A stretch of DNA of 55,377 nucleotides, the filler included, from Candidatus Zhuqueibacterota bacterium (GTDB lineage: Bacteria > BS750m-G25): NCBI GenBank assembly GCA_016783505.1. It is 4 parts of 4 records of this genome, joined end to end, with 100 filler letters (N's around TTAATTAATTAA, not from the genome) between each part and the next. Parts side by side here need not be neighbours in the genome. Positions count along the whole stretch, not along the records: positions 28,052 to 41,695 come from JADHWK010000058.1; 3 more parts are not named here. One strand, written 5' to 3'. Below the pieces are notes generated by a model. It worked only from the letters and a program-made list of their open reading frames with translations. It did not search any database and was not told the DNA's origin. Of this stretch, positions 28,056 through 37,374 are shown one piece after another. Position 1 is the stretch's first letter; every line of letters starts with the position of its first letter. The position numbers were made by a program, and so were the translations under genes.

Positions 28056-29993
28056 ATGCGCTGTAGAAAATTTTTCTATTGTTTGTTCATCCTGGCCTTC
28101 ATTTTTTCCGGTCAGAATGGGTGGGGGAAGACCGAGGATGAGGTTTTAGGGATCATCAAAAACGCCCCGGGAGCGATAGAATATCCCGAGGCCGGGGCTC
28201 TGTATCTGCTTGTGGAAAAAAGGGTTACCATTGATGATCAAGGGCGGGAGTTTAAGGAAACGCATTCCCTGATCAAGATCCTGCAGGACCGGGCCCGGGA
28301 TAGCTACTGCAACCAGAGGGTGAAGTTTGACGGCGAGAAACAGCGGGTCATCGTTGAGGTTGCCCGAACCCACAGACCCGACGGCTCCATCGCCCTGCCG
28401 GAGGAGGATGCCATTATGGAGTTGTCCCATCCCGAGGCGGCCCAAGCCCCCTTCTACTCCAACGCCCGGCTTCAGGTGGTGGCCTTCCCGGCCATCGAAC
28501 CGGGGGCGGTGATGGAATTCATATATCGGATTGAGCCTAAAGAAGGGGTGGAAGAAGAGGAGGACAAATACAAATATTTCAACGGTGAGATAATCTTCCA
28601 GACCACCGAACCCATCCTTGAAAAAAGCCTCAGCCTTTCCGTCCCAACCCACCGAAAGGTTAGCTATCGGATGTTGAACAGCGATTCAGAGCCGGTAGTG
28701 ACCACCGAGGATGGCACCACCACCTATTCTTGGCAGTTTCGGGATTGCGAGCAGATCATAACTGAGCCGGGAATGGTCCCCATTCCCAACCTTGCCCCCC
28801 GGCTATTGTATTCGTCCCTGGAGGACTGGGATGACCTTGGAGGCTGGTTTCGGGATCAATATTTCGATAAGTTGTCAGGAGATCAGACCGTTCGGGAGCG
28901 CGTCAAAACCATCACGGAGGGGTTGACATCTACGGATGATAAGATCAGGGCCATCAGTTTTTACCTGATTAAGGAGGTGCGGACGGTGTGGTTGGGGTTG
29001 GGGAACACCGGGTATGAGCCGACCCTGGCCCCCAAAATCCTGGCCAATAAATACGGGGATCGGATGGACAAAACCGTGCTTTATCTGTCTATGCTGAGGG
29101 AGATCGGCGTCCAGGGGTTCCCCGCCTTTGTGAACCATGCCCGGGTGGACTTCGTGGACCTGCCGGCCATCAAACAATTCAACGACCTTTTAGTTTACCT
29201 TCCTCAGGAATCCGGTGATGGGTTATGGATTGATCTGACCGGCGAGACCACCGAATACGGCGTCCTTCCCGATGAGGAGGCCGGGCAGCGGGTGTTCGTG
29301 GTGACCCCAGAAGAGGCTTATGTGACCCAATCCCCTGAACAGAACGGAGCAGTGAACTTTACCAATACGGTGATGAAGCTAACACTGGATAAGGAGGGTA
29401 ACCTGTCGGGCAGTGTCTATTCCGAAGTGAACGGGGTAACCGATGCCCGGACCCGGGGGGTTCTGAAGGATAAGAAGGATCAAGAGTTGAAGATGTATTT
29501 TGAGCGGCTGGCGAATGGGCTGAAACAGGGCACCAAAATGATTTCCTATGATCTGCCCGACCTGAAAAAACTGGATGAGGATGCCTGGGTGAAGATGGAA
29601 TTTCACTGTGACCGCTACGCCTTCCGTCAGGGGGACATCCTGCTGTTCGAGGTCCCCGGCAACCCCTTCGGGTTTACCTACGCTGGATTTAACCCCTCCC
29701 TGCCCACCGTTCGCCATCCGGCCCTGGTTCGCTCCACCACGGTTTCTGAAAGGGAGATTGAAGTTGACTTTCCCGAAGGGCTTAAGGTGGGGTATCTCCC
29801 CGAAAGCCTCCTCGTCGAAAACGACTTCATGAAGTTGGAAATGCAGACCCGAAGGGAAGGTTCCAAAATTGTGATTAAAAAGACGGTGACCTGGAAGCGA
29901 GGGGTGATCAACCCCGATGGGTATCCCCGGTTGAAGAAAGAATACACGGATTTCGTTTTACCGAAGAACCGTTTGATTATCTTTGAAATGTGA
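28056..29993 (+). CDS. Secreted DUF3857 / transglutaminase-like domain protein
   Basis: Signal peptide, FPAIEPGAVMEFIY; YGDRMDK and QFND replace the usual GDCKD/FNH, so it is probably catalytically inactive. Confidence 0.8.
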   Translation: MRCRKFFYCLFILAFIFSGQNGWGKTEDEVLGIIKNAPGAIEYPEAGALYLLVEKRVTIDDQGREFKETHSLIKILQDRARDSYCNQRVKFDGEKQRVIVEVARTHRPDGSIALPEEDAIMELSHPEAAQAPFYSNARLQVVAFPAIEPGAVMEFIYRIEPKEGVEEEEDKYKYFNGEIIFQTTEPILEKSLSLSVPTHRKVSYRMLNSDSEPVVTTEDGTTTYSWQFRDCEQIITEPGMVPIPNLAPRLLYSSLEDWDDLGGWFRDQYFDKLSGDQTVRERVKTITEGLTSTDDKIRAISFYLIKEVRTVWLGLGNTGYEPTLAPKILANKYGDRMDKTVLYLSMLREIGVQGFPAFVNHARVDFVDLPAIKQFNDLLVYLPQESGDGLWIDLTGETTEYGVLPDEEAGQRVFVVTPEEAYVTQSPEQNGAVNFTNTVMKLTLDKEGNLSGSVYSEVNGVTDARTRGVLKDKKDQELKMYFERLANGLKQGTKMISYDLPDLKKLDEDAWVKMEFHCDRYAFRQGDILLFEVPGNPFGFTYAGFNPSLPTVRHPALVRSTTVSEREIEVDFPEGLKVGYLPESLLVENDFMKLEMQTRREGSKIVIKKTVTWKRGVINPDGYPRLKKEYTDFVLPKNRLIIFEM

Positions 29994-30080
29994 GGTTTAG
30001 TGAAAGCCTAGCGCGGCAAAATTTTTATTGCACTTTTATAATTAAACACTAACCGAAGGTTCGCCGTGGCGAAAAAATAC

Positions 30081-30165
30081 TGAATTGTTGATTGTTAATT
30101 GCTAATTGTTAGAACCTGGGCTCCAGCAGCAATCAGTCCCGAGCATTCGGGACAATCAGCAATCA
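30081..30165. repeat. Inverted 7-mer tandem repeats with an inserted GTCCCGA..TCGGGAC hairpin
   Basis: (A)TTGTTG-ATTGTTA-ATTGCTA-ATTGTTA versus CAGCAAT-CA[GTCCCGAGCATTCGGGAC]AAT-CAGCAAT. Confidence 0.55.
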
Positions 30166-30247
30166 TTTCAGTGTCATTCGGTGTTCTTCAGTGTTTGACA
30201 GAATAATTCCTTTGCACAAAAAACAAAGATTTTATGGTAATATTATA

Positions 30248-31357
30248 ATGTCAAAACTAAGGGTGGGCATTCTTTTCGGGGGCAGGTCCTGTGAGCACGA
30301 GGTATCCCTGCAGTCGGCGCGGTCGGTGGTGGAGGCGTTGGATAAGGATAAATACGAAGTACTGTTGATCGGAATTTCCAAGGAAGGGAAATGGCTGGTC
30401 TCGTCAAGAGCGCTGGAATACCTTAAAGAGGGTAAATTGGATGGAGGGGGTCAACCTATGGTGATGCTGAATTATCCCGCTTCTAAAAGCCTGGTCAAAA
30501 TTCAAGATGAAACCATCGCCCCCTCCCGGGCCGGGGAGAAGGTTGATGTGGTTTTTCCCCTGCTGCACGGGCCCTTCGGGGAGGACGGCACGGTGCAGGG
30601 TCTTTTGGAACTGGCCGATGTCCCGTATGTGGGGGCCGGAGTTATGGCCTCGGCGGTGGGGATGGACAAAGGGATCATGAAGATGGTATTTAAGGCACAT
30701 AATTTACCTATTCTGGACTTTATGGTGTTGAAAAGGGGGGATTGGGAGGGGGGACGGGATAAAATTTTGGTGGACATTGGGAAAGAATTTGATTATCCCC
30801 TGTTTATAAAGCCGTGCAACTTGGGGTCCAGCGTGGGGATCAGCAAAGTTCATAACTTTTCCGAGTTGGCCCCGGCTCTGAACCTGGCGGCGCAGTACGA
30901 TCGGAAGATGATTATCGAGCAAGGGGGGATCAACTGCCGGGAGATCGAGGCCTCCGTCCTGGGCAACGATGATCCCATCGTCTCTGTCCCCGGTGAAATT
31001 ATCCCCTGCAATGAATTCTACGATTACGACGCTAAGTATATTGACGAAAATTCCCAATTGATCATTCCGGCTGATCTTCCCATAAAAACCATCGAAGAGA
31101 TTCAACAGATCGCCGTCAAGGCCTTCAAGGCCGTGGACTGCGCCGGGATGGCCAGGGTGGATTTTTTAGTCCAGAGGGAAACCCATGAAATCTACCTGAG
31201 CGAGGTCAACACCATCCCTGGTTTCACCAAGATAAGCATGTATCCCAAACTCTGGGAGGCCAGCGGGATCAGCTATACCGAACTGATCAGCCGCTTGATA
31301 GAGCTGGCCATTGAAAGGCACCGGGATAAGAAGAAGTCCATTACATCTTACCGGTGA
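30248..31357 (+). CDS. ddl: D-alanine--D-alanine ligase
   Basis: GGRSCEHEVS, LHGPFGEDG, GSSVG, YDYDAKY, EVNTIPGFT..SMYP. Confidence 0.97.
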   Translation: MSKLRVGILFGGRSCEHEVSLQSARSVVEALDKDKYEVLLIGISKEGKWLVSSRALEYLKEGKLDGGGQPMVMLNYPASKSLVKIQDETIAPSRAGEKVDVVFPLLHGPFGEDGTVQGLLELADVPYVGAGVMASAVGMDKGIMKMVFKAHNLPILDFMVLKRGDWEGGRDKILVDIGKEFDYPLFIKPCNLGSSVGISKVHNFSELAPALNLAAQYDRKMIIEQGGINCREIEASVLGNDDPIVSVPGEIIPCNEFYDYDAKYIDENSQLIIPADLPIKTIEEIQQIAVKAFKAVDCAGMARVDFLVQRETHEIYLSEVNTIPGFTKISMYPKLWEASGISYTELISRLIELAIERHRDKKKSITSYR

Positions 31358-31380
31358 CGCATAAAGTGAGAAGGTGATAT

Positions 31381-31572
31381 ATGTCCAATCAAAAAGTAAG
31401 TTTCAAAACTGAAAAAGAGCTCCAAGTGGCAATCTTGCAAGAAAAAGCAAGAGGAACTCCTGACTTAGAAATCGGTCAGAAATATGGGGTTATATTTAGA
31501 TATATTGAGCGACCTAATACCATATTGCAAGGACTCAATATTAGTTCCTTGAAAGAAGGTGATTTATCATGA
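31381..31572 (+). pseudogene. Short ORF, possibly the N-terminal stump of a DNA methyltransferase gene
   Basis: 63 aa with HTH-like 'DLEIGQKYGV.FRYIE', coupled by ATGA to the nuclease gene; resemblance is recalled, not searched. Confidence 0.4.
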
Positions 31573-32345
31573 AAGAAGAGAAATTCACTTGGAAAGATAT
31601 TGTGAGAAATGCTTTATTAGAATTAGAGGGCCAAGGTCATTTATCTGAGATTAATGAGATAGTAGAGGGCCACCCTAAAACTAAAACTAATCCTACATGG
31701 CAGGATACTATCCGAAGGGTAGTAAGGCAATATAAGATATTCGAGCCAGTACCACCAGAAAGAAGTGGTATTTATAAAGTTGTAGAAGAAATTTCAATAA
31801 AACCTGAGTCACAGTGCTTTACCGAGAAACCAGAAATTGATCACGGGATTGCTCAAGGAATGTTAGTTACACTCGGAAAAACTTATGGATACGAAACCTA
31901 TGTGCCTCCACATGATCAGACTATTAGAATTTTTCAAGGTAAACCGTTAAGAGATTTCTTAACGGTCTCCGACTGCACCGATATTTTTAGGGGTCCTAAC
32001 TTGGCAAAGATTAGAGAAATAGATTCTCTATGGTTTGATGAAGATGATTACGGGTTATTTCCAGTTTACGCCTTTGAAGTAGAGGAAACAACAAGAGTAA
32101 AATCTGGTTTGGATAGGCTATTAAAAATACCAAGAAGATTTCCTGCTCGATTTTTTGTTGTTGGTCCGAGCACAAAAGAGAAAGATTTATTTGAGCAGTA
32201 TATTAACCAGACACCATTTAGAGACTTTAGAGGTAGATTTAACTTTAGGTTTTATAAAGAGTTAGAAGAATTGTATAACTCTGCATTGGTTCATAATGAC
32301 CAGCGAGAACAATTTGGAATCATTGAAAGGTGGAGGCAACCATGA
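31569..32345 (+). CDS. Putative restriction endonuclease (wHTH + PD-(D/E)xK-type domain)
   Basis: N-terminal TWKDIV..AL..L.G..HLSEI; H..AQGML..LG..YG; EIDSLW...FEVE. Confidence 0.65.
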   Translation: MKEEKFTWKDIVRNALLELEGQGHLSEINEIVEGHPKTKTNPTWQDTIRRVVRQYKIFEPVPPERSGIYKVVEEISIKPESQCFTEKPEIDHGIAQGMLVTLGKTYGYETYVPPHDQTIRIFQGKPLRDFLTVSDCTDIFRGPNLAKIREIDSLWFDEDDYGLFPVYAFEVEETTRVKSGLDRLLKIPRRFPARFFVVGPSTKEKDLFEQYINQTPFRDFRGRFNFRFYKELEELYNSALVHNDQREQFGIIERWRQP

Positions 32346-32515
32346 AGTCTATAATAACAATTAGATGTTTATGCGGTAGAGAAGTTATACTCAAACTTGT
32401 TGGCGGACAGTACCAAGATACATACCAGGCGGAATGCGATTGTGGCCGTAAGTGGTCTTTAGAAGAACAGTCGGAAGCGATTGCAGAATTATCTGATGAA
32501 AACTATGTAAACTAA
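32342..32515 (+). CDS. Small Cys-containing hypothetical protein
   Basis: CLCG and CDCG; ATGA overlap and GGAGG RBS. Confidence 0.6.
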   Translation: MKSIITIRCLCGREVILKLVGGQYQDTYQAECDCGRKWSLEEQSEAIAELSDENYVN

Positions 32516-32579
32516 TGTAAAATTCAGAGAACCAAACAAGCGAGAACGCACCCCTGCCCATGTCCACTCGATTGTAGAA

Positions 32580-32903
32580 ATGTATGTCAAGTATGCCTTT
32601 AACCCTCAACTAACCTTAAAATTAAAGGAGCATATCTTGTCAATGCTTGCTTCGATTAAACCAGTAAATTCTTTTCCGCCAAGTCTTCAATATTTTAGAC
32701 CTGAGCATATCGAACCATTCAAAGATTTAGATAGAGTTGGGGAGTTTACAGTTGAGTTTATTCTTGTTGTTACCGAACTTATGGCAATACAGGAGAAAAC
32801 GAATTATCCAAAAGGTTCTCTAACCGAGAGTTTATATAGGGATTTTGAAGTGAAAGATAGGTTCCAAGTGATACAAAAAGCGGTATTAAAAAGACTAAGG
32901 TGA
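32580..32903 (+). CDS. Hypothetical protein, probably 5'-truncated or frameshifted
   Basis: 107-aa ORF without a clear RBS; coding-like sequence continues upstream in another frame. Confidence 0.5.
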   Translation: MYVKYAFNPQLTLKLKEHILSMLASIKPVNSFPPSLQYFRPEHIEPFKDLDRVGEFTVEFILVVTELMAIQEKTNYPKGSLTESLYRDFEVKDRFQVIQKAVLKRLR

Positions 32904-33059
32904 AGGATGTGTTCAGAAATTCCGCTGCTTCCCCTAGCACCTTTTGAAAGGCCAAAGTCCTCCCGACAAGTCGGGATCGGGACTTCCGCTACGCTTCAGC
33001 AAGAAAAAGATATCTATTTTCCCGAATAATATCAACTTTTTCCTATCCGGTCCTAAGAC

Positions 33060-33666
33060 GGGTCACTACCAGGTCTGGCGTTCTTTGAAATATACATAAA
33101 ATACTTAACTTTAACACATAAACCTCTTCCTCCGTTTCGGAAGTTTAGGGAATATTGGCGGCAAATGGATCATGTTAGCCTGATGAAGTTTCATGGCAAC
33201 AAAAACCAAATGCAATTGAACTTGGCATTGATCATTATCTCAATCTCCCTGAGAAAAGGCTGAACGGAGTGATTGCAATATAACCGAAAAGTCACAAGTT
33301 ACTCGCGATAGAAAGGAAGATATTGAGACTAGGAACGCATCTATTGGTGCTAAAGCATAGTAATGACGATGTATTTCTAGAATATCATCTTGATTGTATT
33401 TACAACAAAGTCTTTAGTGTTATGGAGGATATTAAAGTGGACAATAAGGATTTTGAGAATGTCAGATACTTCTTTTCTCTCGCACTGGAAGATTATTTCG
33501 GTGATAAAGAAGAGCTAATGGACATGGCAGACATCACAGAAGAGACGTTACAAGATTTTTTTGAGATGGAATTCCAAACTGCGGCGTAGTTTGATGGTAA
33601 CTTCATCACCTTATAATGTTACAAAAGAATATGATAGGGTCACTGACAGGTTGGGCATTCTTTGAA
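33060..33666 (+). repeat. 30-bp imperfect direct repeats flanking a degraded ORF
   Basis: GGGTCACTACCAGGTCTGGCGTTCTTTGAA (33060-33089) versus GGGTCACTGACAGGTTGGGCATTCTTTGAA (33637-33666), 25/30 identical. Confidence 0.7.
33323..33589 (+). pseudogene. Acidic hypothetical protein remnant
   Basis: TTG-started ORF with stop-interrupted coding-like sequence upstream. Confidence 0.4.
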
Positions 33667-33769
33667 TTAAATTAGTTGACATCTACTTCCCAACCTTATT
33701 CGGGACTCAAAGCACAGAGACGTAAGGCGAAATTCCGGTATAAATGTTCAAGATAAAAAGGAGGTCAGA

Positions 33770-34075
33770 ATGAATATCTACGTGGGAAATTTGTCGCGTC
33801 AGGTCACCGAAGAGGATTTGCAACAGGCTTTTGAGGCCTTCGGGAAGGTCGAATCCGTCAAAATTATTAAGGACATGTTCAGCGGCGAATCAAGAGGGTT
33901 CGGATTCGTGGAGATGCCCGCTAAAGCTGAAGCCCAGGCCGCGATCAATGGTATGAACGGCAAGGAACTGAAGGACCGAGTCCTTAACGTAAATGAGGCT
34001 CGCCCTCGCTCCGAAGGCCGTCGGGGTGGAGGAGGACGAGGCGGAGGAAGACAGGGTGGTGGGCGGCGCTGGTAG
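33770..34075 (+). CDS. RRM RNA-binding protein with Gly/Arg tail
   Basis: RNP2 IYVGNL, RNP1 RGFGFVEM; AGGAGG RBS. Confidence 0.95.
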   Translation: MNIYVGNLSRQVTEEDLQQAFEAFGKVESVKIIKDMFSGESRGFGFVEMPAKAEAQAAINGMNGKELKDRVLNVNEARPRSEGRRGGGGRGGGRQGGGRRW

Positions 34076-34187
34076 GTGGCATTCGGACATAATAGAGCCC
34101 GCCTGCCATAGTCCCGAAGCTTCGGGACGGCTGGCAGATCATAGTAGAACTTTGCCTAACCCCATTTGAAAGAACAAATTTATGTCA

Positions 34188-34407
34188 AAAATATAAACCT
34201 TCTCGAAAAAAGGCGTTTCGCTTTCATTTCAATCACATTGGAGCACTCTTTAAATCGGTATTATTTTTAGGGATAATAGGGAGAGAACGGATTCATTACT
34301 GGAACCTTTTTTTCTGGTCTTTGTTCAGGCATCCACGACTTTTCCCATTGGCGATTACTTTTGCGGTCTACGGATTCCATTTTCGAAAGGTTTTTGAAAA
34401 TTACTGA
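34188..34407 (+). pseudogene. 3' fragment of a DUF4070 B12 radical SAM gene
   Basis: Near-identical to 51030-51248, including the stop (..YGFHFRKVFENY*). Confidence 0.9.
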
Positions 34408-34588
34408 AATTTATAATGACAAAAAGATTTGCCTTGCATAGCATAAAAGTTTCCTCATGACCGTCGGGGTCATCCTAATTTTTGCTTAGCAAAAACTTTT
34501 TTGTGTTGGATTCGTTAGACGAAATACTCCGTTAGGGAGATGACAAATCTAAAGTAAAAGGAATAATAATCATTTAAGGAAGTTTCAT

Positions 34589-35326
34589 ATGCGCACATTA
34601 TCTGTATTGGTCATTGTTTTTATCGTGGTTTTTATGTTGACAGCGGTTGCGAAGGAAAAGTATGAAACGGATATCATCAAAACGTCCTCTGGCGACCTGA
34701 AGATCACGTTTATCGGCCATGGTACGCTGATGTTTACCTTTAGTGGAATGGTCATCCATGTCGATCCGGTAAGCCAGATGGCCGATTACACCAAGCTACC
34801 GAAAGCCGACCTTATCCTGGTAACCCATGAGCACGGCGACCACTTTGACCCGAAGGCGCTAGAAATTCTGCGCACTGAGAAAACCGCGCTGGTGTTGACC
34901 GAAACCTGTGCCAAGCGGGTTAAAGACGGTATTGTTATGAAGAATGGGGATGTTAAAACTATTGAAGGGTTGAAGATAGAGATTGTACCTGCGTATAATA
35001 TCATCCACATGCGCAAAGAGGGACGTCCCTTTCACCCCAAGGGTGTTGGCAATGGCTACGTAATTACCTTTGGCGATAAGAAGGTTTATGTGGCAGGCGA
35101 CACGGAAAATACTCCGGAGATGAAAAATCTAAAGGGGATCGACATCGCATTTTTACCGATGAACCTGCCATATACGATGACACCAGAGATGGTAGCTGAT
35201 GCCGCAAAGGCTTTCAAGCCGAAGATACTTTACCCGTATCACTATGGCAACACTGATACCTCCAAGCTCGTGGAGTTATTGAAGGATATCAAGGGGATCG
35301 AGGTGCGCATCCGAAAGATGAAGTAG
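34589..35326 (+). CDS. Secreted MBL-fold metallo-hydrolase (UPF0173/UlaG-like)
   Basis: Signal peptide, THEHGDH, AGDT, PYHY. Confidence 0.9.
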   Translation: MRTLSVLVIVFIVVFMLTAVAKEKYETDIIKTSSGDLKITFIGHGTLMFTFSGMVIHVDPVSQMADYTKLPKADLILVTHEHGDHFDPKALEILRTEKTALVLTETCAKRVKDGIVMKNGDVKTIEGLKIEIVPAYNIIHMRKEGRPFHPKGVGNGYVITFGDKKVYVAGDTENTPEMKNLKGIDIAFLPMNLPYTMTPEMVADAAKAFKPKILYPYHYGNTDTSKLVELLKDIKGIEVRIRKMK

Positions 35327-35366
35327 GTGTCCGCAAATAATATTATGGCGTTTTTTTGGATGAAAA

Positions 35367-36704
35367 ATGAATTCAATAAACATTACCGATAAAATTCTTC
35401 AATTAGAAGCAGAAAATCGCCGTCTACAAAGGGCGGTGGAGGAACTTTCCATTCTCAATGAAATTGCCACCGCAATTAGCTCCACGTTGGCATTAGATCA
35501 AATCGTGGTTTTGATTGTCCAAAAATGTGTGAAGCATTTGAAAGTAGAACAGGCAGCGGTCATGATACTGGCTGAGAAAAAAGAGGAAAAACCATTTCAA
35601 ACAATGGTTCGCAGGGCAGACACGACTGCGAACGTACTTCCCTATCGCCTCAATGCCCAATTGACCGGCTGGATGCTGAAACACCAGAAGCCCTTGGTTA
35701 TTAATGATTTTCCGAATGATGACCGTTTTCAAGGGGTTGCTGAAGAAACGTTTCCCATACAGTCGTTGTTGAGTGTCCCTTTACTGTCAAAAGGCCGCAT
35801 GATTGGAGTGCTCACCGTATTTAATAAAAAAGCACGGGAGGGTTACAGCAGCGAAGATCAACGGTTATTAACCATTATAGCCACCCAGTCTACCCAGGTA
35901 ATTGAAAATGCCCGCCTTCTTAAAGAAGAGCAGACCTTGATAAAAATGCGCGAGGAAATACGGTTGGCCCATGATATTCAAAGCAACTTGCTGCCGAAAA
36001 AGCCGCCCCAATTAAACGGATATGACATTGCCGGCGAAAGCATCCCCGCCCAAGTGGTTGGAGGTGATTATTTCGATTTCATCCCGGTGGACGAGAACAG
36101 GTTGGCTTTTTGTCTTGGAGACGTCTCAGGCAAAGGGCTGCCGGCAGCATTGTTGATGGCGAACCTTCAAGCGACGATTCGGGGACAAACTATTATAAAG
36201 CCCTCTCCGAAGGATTGTTTACGGCATTCGAACAAACTGCTGTACCAAAGCACCGAGTCTCAAAAGTTTGTCACGCTTTTTTATGGAATTTTGGACTCCC
36301 AAAAACATCAACTGCGTTATTCCAACGCTGGACATAACAGCCCCCTACTTTTCAGCGAAGGTGAGGAGCCGGTACCTTTGGAAACCGGCGGGGTTGTTCT
36401 AAGCTTTATGGAGAACTTTTCTTATGATGAAGGGGTTGTTTCTTTCAATCCCGGTGACCTACTATTGATTTATTCTGATGGGATCACTGAAGCCATGGAT
36501 GCCGGCGATGAAGAATTCGGGGAGGAGAGGCTGGCGGCACTGGTGAAGGAGAATATGGGGGAGTCCGCCAGCGGATTAATCGAGAAGGTCATTACTGCTG
36601 TCAAACGACATGCTGGTGACAGCTCGCAAATGGATGATATGACTCTGGTAGTCATTCAGAGAGAAAAGAGTAACATTCAATTAGGAGGAGACCATGAAAA
36701 TTAA
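35367..36704 (+). CDS. GAF + PP2C/SpoIIE phosphatase (RsbU-like)
   Basis: GAF domain, VGGDYFD, GDVSGKG, NAGH, YSDGITEA, DDMTLV. Confidence 0.93.
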   Translation: MNSINITDKILQLEAENRRLQRAVEELSILNEIATAISSTLALDQIVVLIVQKCVKHLKVEQAAVMILAEKKEEKPFQTMVRRADTTANVLPYRLNAQLTGWMLKHQKPLVINDFPNDDRFQGVAEETFPIQSLLSVPLLSKGRMIGVLTVFNKKAREGYSSEDQRLLTIIATQSTQVIENARLLKEEQTLIKMREEIRLAHDIQSNLLPKKPPQLNGYDIAGESIPAQVVGGDYFDFIPVDENRLAFCLGDVSGKGLPAALLMANLQATIRGQTIIKPSPKDCLRHSNKLLYQSTESQKFVTLFYGILDSQKHQLRYSNAGHNSPLLFSEGEEPVPLETGGVVLSFMENFSYDEGVVSFNPGDLLLIYSDGITEAMDAGDEEFGEERLAALVKENMGESASGLIEKVITAVKRHAGDSSQMDDMTLVVIQREKSNIQLGGDHEN

Positions 36705-37035
36705 AAAAGAAATATTAGGCGATGTAGCAGTTTTACACCTGAGCGGCGCCATGCTTGGTGGACCGCCCACCTCTGAGATTTTTCCGGCTGAAATCAAGAG
36801 TATTATTGATGAAGGCATTAACAAGGTAGTGGTAGATCTTGGAAAAGTGAAACGAATGAACAGCACTGGATTAGGGATTCTCATTCGGGGTTACACTTCT
36901 CTTCGGAATAATAACGGTGATTTGAAACTTGCCAACCTCAATCCGTTGATGAAAGGCGTATTGGTTACGACCAAACTTGACACCATCTTTGAGAGTTATC
37001 CTAGCATAGATGAGGCTGTAGATAGCTTTGGTTAA
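36694..37035 (+). CDS. STAS anti-sigma-factor antagonist (RsbV-like)
   Basis: VVVDLGKV.RMNSTGLG.LI with phospho-Ser site. Confidence 0.92.
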   Translation: MKIKKEILGDVAVLHLSGAMLGGPPTSEIFPAEIKSIIDEGINKVVVDLGKVKRMNSTGLGILIRGYTSLRNNNGDLKLANLNPLMKGVLVTTKLDTIFESYPSIDEAVDSFG

Positions 37036-37374
37036 AAAGAACGGCAGGATTGGGGTTTCAGGTTAGTTTTGAATTAAGCAATTTAGAACATCTTGCCCAT
37101 ATAATAATCCGACATTGTGATAACCATTTTTAAGAGCTACGAAACTGCTGATCGGGCTATCGCCAGTTTTAAGTGATGGACAACTGTAGTTAAATCGGTG
37201 AAGTTGCGAGATACTATTTGGTTCTTTAAGGCCCGCCGGCTTTTTGGCATGTCGTAGATTCGCCAGTGTTTTGGCGGACTGGAGTAATGGTCTATGATTG
37301 GAAAGACAATATCGCATTATCGAATTTTAGAAAAGCTCGGCGGCGCCCCACGGCCAACAAACTAATGTGAAGAT

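Noticed and set aside
34188-34413. Possible diversity-generating retroelement template/variable repeat pair with 51030-51254
   Set aside because: Mismatches include C/G and T/C changes and are not adenine-specific; no reverse transcriptase in the window
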